A stretch of DNA of 64,000 nt from a virus (taxonomy: Duplodnaviria > Caudoviricetes). Made by a program: the position numbers and the translations under genes. Where the stretch lies: positions 32,001 to 96,000 of IMG/VR virus record IMGVR_UViG_3300035698_013504, one strand, 5' to 3'. The notes beneath the pieces were generated by a model. The model had not been told where the DNA came from. It did not search any database and saw only the letters and a list, made by a program, of their open reading frames with translations. The number at the start of each line of letters is the position of its first letter. Within the stretch, counting starts at the first letter, position 1. Of the stretch, positions 1 through 8,127 are shown one piece after another.

Positions 1-43
1 CCGCAAGAAGTGCTACGCCGCGTTTGAAGCCGCGGCATGACAT

Positions 44-76
44 GGGGCCCTTCGGGGCCCCTTCCCTCTCTTTTTT
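44..76 (+). terminator. Rho-independent terminator-like hairpin
   Basis: GGGGCCC-TTCG-GGGCCCC stem-loop (44-61) followed by a pyrimidine tract ending in TTTTTT (71-76). Confidence 0.7.
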
Positions 77-87
77 AGCTATCCGCA

Positions 88-116
88 TTGACCTGCGACA
101 AAGGCTCAGGTAAACT
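88..116 (+). promoter_or_regulatory. sigma70-like promoter upstream of the ligase gene
   Basis: TTGACC (88-93), 17-nt spacer, TAAACT (111-116), directly after a terminator and before the ATG at 155. Confidence 0.6.
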
Positions 117-154
117 GGAGGCTAAGTGAAACGCTACCTATACTGAGCGAGATC

Positions 155-1612
155 ATGGCCAAGGACGCTGCCCCAGGACTCCCAGACTTCACGCGTTACG
201 GGAGTACACGCACCCTTCCACTCAACAAGCTCATACCCTATGTTGTGCAGGAGCACAACGCAAAGAGAGCGGGGAAACACAATGATATTCGGTTTGGGCC
301 GGACCAGCTCTTTAGCTGGGCAACGAAGAAGCCCCTTCCGGAAGCGGGGGAGCGAATCGCCGTTTATCAGCAGCCCCTCCACCGCGGCTCCTACGCCGAG
401 TTCGAAGGCACAATCCTTAACGGATACGGAAAAGGAACCGTCAAGCGAAAAGACAAAGGATTCGTCCTCGTCACCAAAGTGGATAATGACAAAGTCTCCT
501 TCGTAGTAGCCCACAAGAAGTTCCCGGAGAGGTACACCCTCGTTCGTGATAAGAAGGCGCCGAAGACCTGGTACTTGATCAATACGACCCCGATGGACGT
601 GGGGCGTATGCTGTCAGGCAAAAAGGTTGACCCGGGCGGTAACGCATCTGACGCCCTAGGTATCAACAAGCTCAAGTACACCAAGGTTCCTGAGGAGCAG
701 GTCGAGAAGCTCTTCAGCAGCGATTACCTCAACAGCGAGAAGATTGACGGCGCCGCGGCACTGTACCACGTCCTCTCTGATCGTATCGAGGCGCTCTCCT
801 ACCGTGTAAGCAAGACGGGCCGACCTCTCATCCATACATATAAGGTCGGAGGTCTCACAGGCGTCAATATCCCCAAGGAGTTCGTTGGCTCGGTTCTACG
901 AGGTGAGGTGTGGGGCGAGCGTAAGGGCGAAGCCATACCCCCACAAGAGCTTGGCGGCCTACTCAACTCGTCGCTGGCCAAGAGTATTCAAGATCAGAAG
1001 AAGACTGGCGTCACCATGCGTAACGCCCTCTTCGACATCTATCGGCTCGGTAAGACACCTATCGATCCAAATCTCCCCTACGCGGAGAGAATGGCTAAGA
1101 TCCAAGAAGTTCTCGACCATATGCCACAGAACAAGTTCCACCTCCCGCGCATGGCCGGGACGGAGGAGGAGTCTCGTAAGCTGTGGGAGGACATCAAGGG
1201 CGGCAAGAACCCCAGAACGACCGAGGGCATGGTTTCATGGCCTAAGGCTGGTGGCAAGCCCGTCAAGGTCAAGTTGCTGAATGAGCAGGACGTATGGGTG
1301 AAAGAAGTGTTCCCAGGCAAAGGTCGCCTTGAGGGCCACTCGGCTGGCGGCTTCAGCTATTCCCGATCGCCCGAAGGTCCGGCTGTTGGCGAGGTGGGGA
1401 GTGGCTTCACTGATGATACCCGTAAGCAGATGTGGGACCAACGTAAAGATTGGATCGGCAGGTTGGCGAGAACTCAGAGTCAAGGCGCCTTCCCAAGCGG
1501 CGCATTACGCTCGCCGGTCTTCCACGGTCTTCACGAAGATTATCCAGCTAAGTCAGCTGCGTGGCATGCCGGGCTTCGTGACGGCGTGGAGCAGGCGTCT
1601 GTCTCACGTTAG
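155..1612 (+). CDS. ATP-dependent DNA ligase with N-terminal LigD-type 3'-phosphoesterase (PE) domain
   Basis: N-terminus YVVQEHNAKRAGKHNDIRF...SWA...HRGSYAEFEGTILNGYGKGTV resembles LigD PE; adenylation motif I SEKIDG; C-terminal OB-fold motifs GEVGSGF and LRSPVF. Confidence 0.85.
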   Translation: MAKDAAPGLPDFTRYGSTRTLPLNKLIPYVVQEHNAKRAGKHNDIRFGPDQLFSWATKKPLPEAGERIAVYQQPLHRGSYAEFEGTILNGYGKGTVKRKDKGFVLVTKVDNDKVSFVVAHKKFPERYTLVRDKKAPKTWYLINTTPMDVGRMLSGKKVDPGGNASDALGINKLKYTKVPEEQVEKLFSSDYLNSEKIDGAAALYHVLSDRIEALSYRVSKTGRPLIHTYKVGGLTGVNIPKEFVGSVLRGEVWGERKGEAIPPQELGGLLNSSLAKSIQDQKKTGVTMRNALFDIYRLGKTPIDPNLPYAERMAKIQEVLDHMPQNKFHLPRMAGTEEESRKLWEDIKGGKNPRTTEGMVSWPKAGGKPVKVKLLNEQDVWVKEVFPGKGRLEGHSAGGFSYSRSPEGPAVGEVGSGFTDDTRKQMWDQRKDWIGRLARTQSQGAFPSGALRSPVFHGLHEDYPAKSAAWHAGLRDGVEQASVSR

Positions 1613-1629
1613 CAACGCGTTGCTATAAC
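1610..1629. promoter_or_regulatory. Recurring intergenic motif, copy 1 (perfect 16-bp palindrome TAGCAACGCGTTGCTA)
   Basis: Palindrome at 1610-1625 starting at the ligase stop codon; similar sequences at 15250, 31017, 39713 and 59282. Confidence 0.5.
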
Positions 1630-1659
1630 CCACCTACATCTACCACTTCTTTTTAGCTA

Positions 1660-1688
1660 TTGCGTCGACACCCAATACGAGATAGACT
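1660..1688 (+). promoter_or_regulatory. sigma70-like promoter candidate
   Basis: TTGCGT-N17-TAGACT upstream of the ATG at 1736; T-rich upstream tract TTTTTAGCTAT also seen upstream of the promoter at 88. Confidence 0.4.
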
Positions 1689-1735
1689 AAAGGAAGCTCG
1701 AGATTGTAATACGGTCCGATATCTGAGGTTAGACA

Positions 1736-3994
1736 ATGGCCAGATACCCTCAGACGCTTTCCGCCGCTGATCGTAAGCGGGTGGTGGAGCTTCTGCACGG
1801 AACAAAACCAGACCAAGGCGTCAACCCGCACGCCGGGGCTGGTCGCATTGTGGAAGGTGCGCGCAATCCCCAACGCGTGCACTTCTGCAAAAATAATCTC
1901 CCAAGAGGCATGGAGAAGGATGGCTTTGTCCTTACGGCTCCCATTGCGTTGGCAATCATGTCGGCGCTAGGTAGTGGTTCCGGCGTTTACGGACTCTCTC
2001 AGGCAGGGCGGGTTGTTGATGCGAAAGATAAGTACCGGAGTACGATGCTACGTGACCAGGCGTTGTTTAGGAATCTCAACAAGACATTTCGTCGTATGAC
2101 AAACACGGAGGTAGTACCTGGGCGCAGGGCTGGTGAGGCGTCGTTGAAGGGTAAGGTAGTCCCCGAAGTGATTGATGTTGGTACCCAGCTTTTCGATCTT
2201 TGGGGGGACCGAGATAACCAGTCGGCGTACGATACAGTCATGAAGACCAAGAGTTTGGCCAAGTACTCCGTCGGCAAGATGCATGAAACCATGATAGCTC
2301 GAGGGTGGAAGCCGGAGGAAGTTGGCGCCACCCTCATTAAGATGCGCGAACTCAAGTTGCTTGAGGGTGAAAAGGTATACTACAAGGGTAAGCCGGTAGA
2401 CCTGGCGTATACCCCGCAGTCTATCGATTTTGTGACAGAGGGCGGCCCGGCTGTTGCAGCCGCGGTGTTCAAGCTTCGGGAAGCCGGTAAAACTTCAGAG
2501 GAACTTAGAACTTACCACGCGAGAGCTCAGAAGTGGAGAAAGGTTAATGACCCTGCGTTTTACGCCGAGACATCACAGTTTGGCGTTGAGGAGGAGGCCG
2601 CAGCAAACAAGTTGGAGTTTGCGAAGACACTTCTCAATAGCGGGTATAACGAGCGAGATGCGGTAAGAGCCGCTAACGAAGTTGCCGCCGCTGACAACGG
2701 AGACTACCCCCTCTCCCCCAGGGTTGCGAAACACTACATTGACAACGGGTCTAATCGTATTATGCAACCGGACGGGTGGATGTCGTTACCGACTGTTGGT
2801 AAAGATATGTCGCGGTATTATAATAACGTAGGTGACGCCAGGGGCGGGAGTTCGGTCGAAGCCCTCCGCGGAATGAGGAACGAACTGGGTATAGACGTTG
2901 CGGCCCCACATGTTGGCGGCGCTATCGTAGATACCGCCCGGATAGCGAAGAACGTACCCAAGGGCTTGCGAGCCGCGTACGGCGTAGCCAAAGGTAGTGA
3001 CACAGCGAAGCTGGTAGGACGTCTTGTTTCGAACACGCGGAGTATGGGATCTTTCCCGGGGCTACGATCGCTCGGCGGTAAAGCGCTTGGTGGCGCCGGA
3101 AAAGCCGCGGCAACGTTAGCGTTGTGGCACGCAGGTATAAATTCAGCAAAAGCTGTTGGCGGCGCATTGTATGACGGCGCAGTACATGGCCAGGGACCGT
3201 TTGACACCCCGGAGTTTGAGGGGTTTCAGAATATGCTGGATGAAAGAGCCACGCTTGATAAGGCGAAAGGGAAGAACAAGTTCTTGAGTTGGGTGCAGGA
3301 AGGACTTACGGGAGCTCTTAAATTCGACCCAGGGTACAACTTGAACATGGTCGGGTCCGGCCAGTTGAACCGGTACACCTCTCAGGACCTTGAAGCAGAC
3401 ATCGCGGCTGCAGACAAGGCGCACGCCACCGGTATGCCGATGTCGTGGGCCGAGAAACTCTTGTCCGGTAGAAGCTACGTCAACGCTACCCGGCGCGGGC
3501 AACATTATAAGGACGGCAGTGAGCTGTTGCGTAGACTTATGGTTAGACCCCTTCGTGCCAGAAAGGACTTCACGACGAACACGGGGTCCACAGCTCCAAG
3601 CGGCAGTACCTACTTGCGTGACATTCATCGCAATGAGTTTGCATCTATGGGCCACGCGATGGACTACTGGTCTAAGAATTACCCGGAGATGATGGACATT
3701 TCTCAGGGCGGAAGATGGATGCGGCGTGTTGGACCTGTGCCGGAGTCCACCCCGAGCTATTTCTCTGCTGGTGACATGATTTACGTTCCAGAGAGCCAGC
3801 AAGCAACGACGACACACCAGCCGATCGTTGAGCGCAGTAAGGCGGTTGATCTTGTGCAGCAGGGGTTAAATAGTTACAGGCTTATGGACCCTTCGGTACA
3901 CAGACGTGATATCTTGAAACCTAATCCCACAATTTCACCTACAATGAGAGGTCTCATTGGTCGTGACCCGGTGGCACCCACGTATAAGGAGTAA
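1736..3994 (+). CDS. Hypothetical protein (752 aa), possible internal virion protein
   Basis: Long ORF, Gly/Ala-rich hydrophobic stretches, no family recognised. Confidence 0.7.
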   Translation: MARYPQTLSAADRKRVVELLHGTKPDQGVNPHAGAGRIVEGARNPQRVHFCKNNLPRGMEKDGFVLTAPIALAIMSALGSGSGVYGLSQAGRVVDAKDKYRSTMLRDQALFRNLNKTFRRMTNTEVVPGRRAGEASLKGKVVPEVIDVGTQLFDLWGDRDNQSAYDTVMKTKSLAKYSVGKMHETMIARGWKPEEVGATLIKMRELKLLEGEKVYYKGKPVDLAYTPQSIDFVTEGGPAVAAAVFKLREAGKTSEELRTYHARAQKWRKVNDPAFYAETSQFGVEEEAAANKLEFAKTLLNSGYNERDAVRAANEVAAADNGDYPLSPRVAKHYIDNGSNRIMQPDGWMSLPTVGKDMSRYYNNVGDARGGSSVEALRGMRNELGIDVAAPHVGGAIVDTARIAKNVPKGLRAAYGVAKGSDTAKLVGRLVSNTRSMGSFPGLRSLGGKALGGAGKAAATLALWHAGINSAKAVGGALYDGAVHGQGPFDTPEFEGFQNMLDERATLDKAKGKNKFLSWVQEGLTGALKFDPGYNLNMVGSGQLNRYTSQDLEADIAAADKAHATGMPMSWAEKLLSGRSYVNATRRGQHYKDGSELLRRLMVRPLRARKDFTTNTGSTAPSGSTYLRDIHRNEFASMGHAMDYWSKNYPEMMDISQGGRWMRRVGPVPESTPSYFSAGDMIYVPESQQATTTHQPIVERSKAVDLVQQGLNSYRLMDPSVHRRDILKPNPTISPTMRGLIGRDPVAPTYKE

Positions 3995-3998
3995 CGAG

Positions 3999-5189
3999 AT
4001 GACTGAGGAAACGCCCGTACCCGACGAGAAGCCTGTAGAGGATGTATTCGCGGCGGATATCGTTGATATCCCGGATATTCCTTTGCCGGATATTAGCGCA
4101 CAGGAAGTCCCCATCTCCGATAACTTCGACGCGGCTTTTCGCGTTGCAATCATCGGTGTAGGCCAGGGCGGTTCTCGTATCGCCGAGACGTTCTACAAGA
4201 TGGGTTACCGCAAGGTCTGCGTGGTTAACACAGCGTTGCAGGACCTGGGCGGCATTGACATCCCCGACACCAACAAACTGGCGATTGGTACGCACGGGGC
4301 GGGTAAGGACCCGTCGAAAGCGCGCGCGATCTTCCAGACCAAGGAGAGCGATGTCTACGACCTTATGCGGCGTAGCTTTGGCTCTGAGTTTGACTGGATC
4401 CTCGTCTGCGCCGGTTCTGGAGGCGGCACAGGTGGTGGCATCTTGCTAGACACCGTCAGGCTGTCTCACGAGCTCATGCGTACGCTTAAGCTAGAACCTG
4501 AAGGCACATGCCGGGTTGGCGCTGTTGTGGCCCTCCCAAAGAACAGCGAAGGCGTTAAGCCCTCAGCGAACAGCTTCCGTTTGATGAAGGAAGTCTTCCC
4601 GCTAGCTCTTGGGTCGAAGAAGCAGAAGCGATCGATCAGCCCGTTGATCATCATAGACAACGAGCAAATTCGACGCCTTTACCCCCGCGTGCCCGTTACG
4701 CAGCACTGGGAAATCGCGAACCGGAGCATCTGCTCGCTCTTCCATCTGTTCAACAGCATCTCTATTAAGCCGTCGAAGTTCACCTCGTTTGACCAGGCGG
4801 ACTTGGAGACAATCCTTACAAGTGGTATCCTTACGTTTGGCGCCACCCCGGTTGCGAAGTGGGATGGCCTCACGGATATCGCATTCGCGCTGCGTGACAA
4901 TCTCAGCAAGAACATCCTTGCCGCGACGTCTACGGCGGGTACGGTTGCTGGCGGTATCGTCATCGCAGGACAACAGATTCTTGAGCAGCTGCCTTCAGCC
5001 AACATTGAACACGGCTTTGAGCAGCTGACCCGTATGATGAAAGACGGCAGTATGCTCCATCAGGGCATCTACCCGGGTAGTAAGCCTACGCTGGTTGTTT
5101 ACACGGTGCTAGGCGGCTTGGACATTCCTGATGAGCGTATGTTGGAGCTGGAGACCGTCGGTCAGTTGCGTGATTGGGACGGAGCCTAA
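3999..5189 (+). CDS. Tubulin/FtsZ-family GTPase (PhuZ/TubZ-like)
   Basis: IIGVGQGGSRIAE (T1 loop), VNT, GAGKDP, GSGGGTGGG signature, LIIIDN, FDQADL; start moved to ATG 3999 after AAGGAG. Confidence 0.9.
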   Translation: MTEETPVPDEKPVEDVFAADIVDIPDIPLPDISAQEVPISDNFDAAFRVAIIGVGQGGSRIAETFYKMGYRKVCVVNTALQDLGGIDIPDTNKLAIGTHGAGKDPSKARAIFQTKESDVYDLMRRSFGSEFDWILVCAGSGGGTGGGILLDTVRLSHELMRTLKLEPEGTCRVGAVVALPKNSEGVKPSANSFRLMKEVFPLALGSKKQKRSISPLIIIDNEQIRRLYPRVPVTQHWEIANRSICSLFHLFNSISIKPSKFTSFDQADLETILTSGILTFGATPVAKWDGLTDIAFALRDNLSKNILAATSTAGTVAGGIVIAGQQILEQLPSANIEHGFEQLTRMMKDGSMLHQGIYPGSKPTLVVYTVLGGLDIPDERMLELETVGQLRDWDGA

Positions 5190-6190
5190 TGTCTAACGAA
5201 CTTCTCACAGGTTCAGATATCAAGTATGATCTGAGAGCGCTAGTAGGGGAGTCTTCCCTGAAGCCACAGATACAGCGTGCGATCGATGCTGAACGTGTAA
5301 AATCGGAGAAGTTCACCCGAGGTTCAGCTATTCAAGACGATTTGAGGTCGCAGGTATTCGCATCTCCCTTGAAGCCAAAGATCCAAAATGCGATTGATAC
5401 CGAGCACGCTCAAACGTTAGAGGAGTTGAACACACGCGAGCCTGTAGAGGGTACGACACTAGGTGAAATTCGCAAAGGGTATCGTCGGTGGATGGCCTCG
5501 TCGCCTATGCACGCAGGTTTGGCGCACGGCGTTCCACTTGCCCTTCTTGGTTACTTTGGTCTCCCCGCGCTCTTGAAGAGAATCTTCGGAAAGGGTAACA
5601 TCCATACGGGCAGGTCTCGTATTGTTGGCGGTGTCCTCGGCGGTCTTGCAGGAGCTATTCCGGGTTCGCTTATGTACAACGATCGGCAGACAGACCCTGA
5701 ACGTGATTGGTCGCCGTCAGAGGCGTTGCTAGAGCCCAGTGCGGACCTGATATCGAAGGAAGGTTCGATCGGTAGCATCTTTGGGATGGAGAGTAGCGCG
5801 ACCCGCGGTGTTATCGGATATACAGCTCCACCGGCGCATACGCTGCGCGGCCCGGTTACGCAAGACTTTATGGATCGTCCTTCGGTCGGTATAAGTACAG
5901 CCTTGGCCACGATTGAAATGGACAAGAACCTTTCTCCTGGACAACAGCTACAGGCAAAGGCTACAGTACAACTAGCAGCACAACAGGCTAACCAGACTCG
6001 GAAGGGCGGCCTGATCTCGACGAACAACCTGATTAACAGCGTCATTGGCGGCGGTGTTGGTTATGTAGCAGGCAGGGCCGGAGGCGCCGTACTAGGAACC
6101 TTCTTCGGTCTTTCGCCTAGGATACAAAGACGGCTGGCTCAGGCTGGCATGGTAGCTGGGATAGCACGAGCGACAGGGATATGGCAATGA
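5189..6190 (+). CDS. Hypothetical protein with glycine-zipper hydrophobic segments
   Basis: TAATG stop-start overlap at 5187-5191; GGVLGGLAGAIPG and GGGVGYVAGRAGGAVLG segments. Confidence 0.7.
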   Translation: MSNELLTGSDIKYDLRALVGESSLKPQIQRAIDAERVKSEKFTRGSAIQDDLRSQVFASPLKPKIQNAIDTEHAQTLEELNTREPVEGTTLGEIRKGYRRWMASSPMHAGLAHGVPLALLGYFGLPALLKRIFGKGNIHTGRSRIVGGVLGGLAGAIPGSLMYNDRQTDPERDWSPSEALLEPSADLISKEGSIGSIFGMESSATRGVIGYTAPPAHTLRGPVTQDFMDRPSVGISTALATIEMDKNLSPGQQLQAKATVQLAAQQANQTRKGGLISTNNLINSVIGGGVGYVAGRAGGAVLGTFFGLSPRIQRRLAQAGMVAGIARATGIWQ

Positions 6191-6567
6191 CACTACGACA
6201 AGCATTCAAAGCAGGCTTCCTCTTGAAATTCGCCGAACTTGGAGTTACCCCCGACGAGGTAACAACGATGATTAAGGCTGGCGATGGTGCTGATCCTATT
6301 CTGGAGGCCCTCAGGGGTGCGTGGTCTGGCACAAAGTCAGCTGTCGGCGGCGCCACGGATTTGGGCATGCTCGCGTTGCTTGGCCTACCGCCTCTCGTTG
6401 GTGTAACCGGCGGCATGCTTGCGAGTAAGTTCACAGGTCCAGACGATGCTGACATCGAGTTGGCGAAGAAGAAGCTGAAGCTCATGCGGTATCAGCAGAT
6501 GATAAACGAAGTCAATCAGCGGCGCCTGATGAGTCAGAAGGACAGAAGCGGCGACAATATGTTCTAG
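6187..6567 (+). CDS. Hypothetical protein with hydrophobic glycine-rich segment
   Basis: ATGA overlap with the upstream stop (alternative ATG 6181); AFKAGFLLKFAE N-terminal helix; LGMLALLGLPPLVGVTGGMLA. Confidence 0.7.
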   Translation: MTLRQAFKAGFLLKFAELGVTPDEVTTMIKAGDGADPILEALRGAWSGTKSAVGGATDLGMLALLGLPPLVGVTGGMLASKFTGPDDADIELAKKKLKLMRYQQMINEVNQRRLMSQKDRSGDNMF

Positions 6568-6587
6568 ACCTTTTGGAGTGATTACCG

Positions 6588-6986
6588 ATGGCGGTTAAAC
6601 ACGAATGTACCGAAGAGACGGAAGAAACTAGGCACGAGACAGCGGACGGGATGAAAATACCGCCGATACCTCTTGACCCGGAGGAAGTGTTGGTTGCTGC
6701 GGGTAAGATACATTTTCCTGGACTGAATGGACACCCATATCTGGGCACAGCTATCCCAGATATCAAGGAAGATGACCCGCGGTCAGCCAAGCCGCAGCTC
6801 GCACCGCTCACGTACGCACGCGTATTCAACATGGGTAAGCCTGAGCATCTGGCCGCCTACGAGAAGATCAGCCAGAGGGCCGCACAGCGGAGATCACAGA
6901 TTTCGTTTGAGGAGCGCGAGTTTTCATCTGTACATGATACTTGGCTCATCCTCATACGCTGGACAGACTACTACTACATGTCTTAG
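6588..6986 (+). CDS. Hypothetical protein
   Basis: ORF with GGAG RBS that fills the gap between neighbours. Confidence 0.65.
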   Translation: MAVKHECTEETEETRHETADGMKIPPIPLDPEEVLVAAGKIHFPGLNGHPYLGTAIPDIKEDDPRSAKPQLAPLTYARVFNMGKPEHLAAYEKISQRAAQRRSQISFEEREFSSVHDTWLILIRWTDYYYMS

Positions 6987-7001
6987 AGATGCGAGAGAAC
7001 A

Positions 7002-8105
7002 ATGACAGAGACCTGGAACGATGAAGACCGAAAAGCGATAATCGACCACCTACGCGAGCGTGTTGGTCCTGACGTATCCAATAACGGGCCGGACGCGCAA
7101 ACGGAGATGATTGATAGTTTGCTCAACAGCCCGGCGGGCCAGGCGCGCCTTACGCGGTATATGAAGGGGTACAACGATCGACAGACGGCCGGGTATGACC
7201 AGGACCGTGATGACCACTTCGCCACACAGAATCGCGACTCTTTGGCACAAGGCAACCTGTGGTTGCGTAACGGAGCTATTGGCGCCGCCTTGGCCGGTAG
7301 TGGGTTTGCGCTCTACAAGCTGTTGATGAAGAAGCGTCCCGAAGACATCGTTGAGGAGGAAGGCATGGGCGCGATGCCCGGCACTTCTTTCGTGAACATG
7401 CCGTGGGCGAAGGCGGCCTCAGCAGAGAAGACCGCAGGTCTCCTGGAGGTACTGCAGCGGTGGGCCCTACCTGTAGGGGCCGGGGTCTACTTCAAGAAAG
7501 ACATAGGAAATGCCGTCAACCGCGGCGTTGGGCACATAAAGACGATGGATAAGCCCAAGCATCCCATGCATCACTCGATGATGTGGCCCGCGCTAGGTCT
7601 TGGTGTTCCGGCCATTGCCGGTCTTGCGTATATGCTGACTAACAAAGGCATCACGATGTCGAGGCATAGTTCAACCGATGAGCAGCTCGCGGCGGTGAAG
7701 GAGCAGTTGCGGCAAACACTCACTGGCGAGTATAACGCGGGTGAAGAGAAGGAGAGCGCCCAGATGCTCGATAAACTCGCAGCGTCATGGGAGCGCGGTG
7801 AACTCTTTGAGAAGCAAGCCGACCCAGAAGCGGCTGACGTTAACCCGCAAGACGTCGAGGATGAGATGCGCAATAGAGCCGTGCCCCCGACCGACAGTCC
7901 CCTACAGGGCTTGTGGGGTTCGGGTAAAGGCGCTGCGGCTTTGTTGGCTGCTGGGCTGCTCCTGACGTCCTTCTCTGCCTCCAAGTCGTTCTTCGACAAG
8001 TCCGATCCGAATCGAGCGAAGACGAAGGCGCTGAGAGACGCGCTACGTCAACGCATGAGACTCTCGCAGCCGAACCTTCAGCTCATGTCGCCCGAAGCCG
8101 TGTAA
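7002..8105 (+). CDS. Hypothetical protein with several hydrophobic segments and K-x-A motifs
   Basis: Four hydrophobic/Gly-rich segments; EKTAG, DKLAA, EKQAD motifs. Confidence 0.75.
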   Translation: MTETWNDEDRKAIIDHLRERVGPDVSNNGPDAQTEMIDSLLNSPAGQARLTRYMKGYNDRQTAGYDQDRDDHFATQNRDSLAQGNLWLRNGAIGAALAGSGFALYKLLMKKRPEDIVEEEGMGAMPGTSFVNMPWAKAASAEKTAGLLEVLQRWALPVGAGVYFKKDIGNAVNRGVGHIKTMDKPKHPMHHSMMWPALGLGVPAIAGLAYMLTNKGITMSRHSSTDEQLAAVKEQLRQTLTGEYNAGEEKESAQMLDKLAASWERGELFEKQADPEAADVNPQDVEDEMRNRAVPPTDSPLQGLWGSGKGAAALLAAGLLLTSFSASKSFFDKSDPNRAKTKALRDALRQRMRLSQPNLQLMSPEAV

Positions 8106-8127
8106 TAGACAATGGAGCCATACCTAG

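Noticed and set aside
1736-1920. LHGT motif suggesting an ADP-ribosyltransferase-like domain
   Set aside because: No downstream catalytic motifs recognised; the segment is too short to support a call
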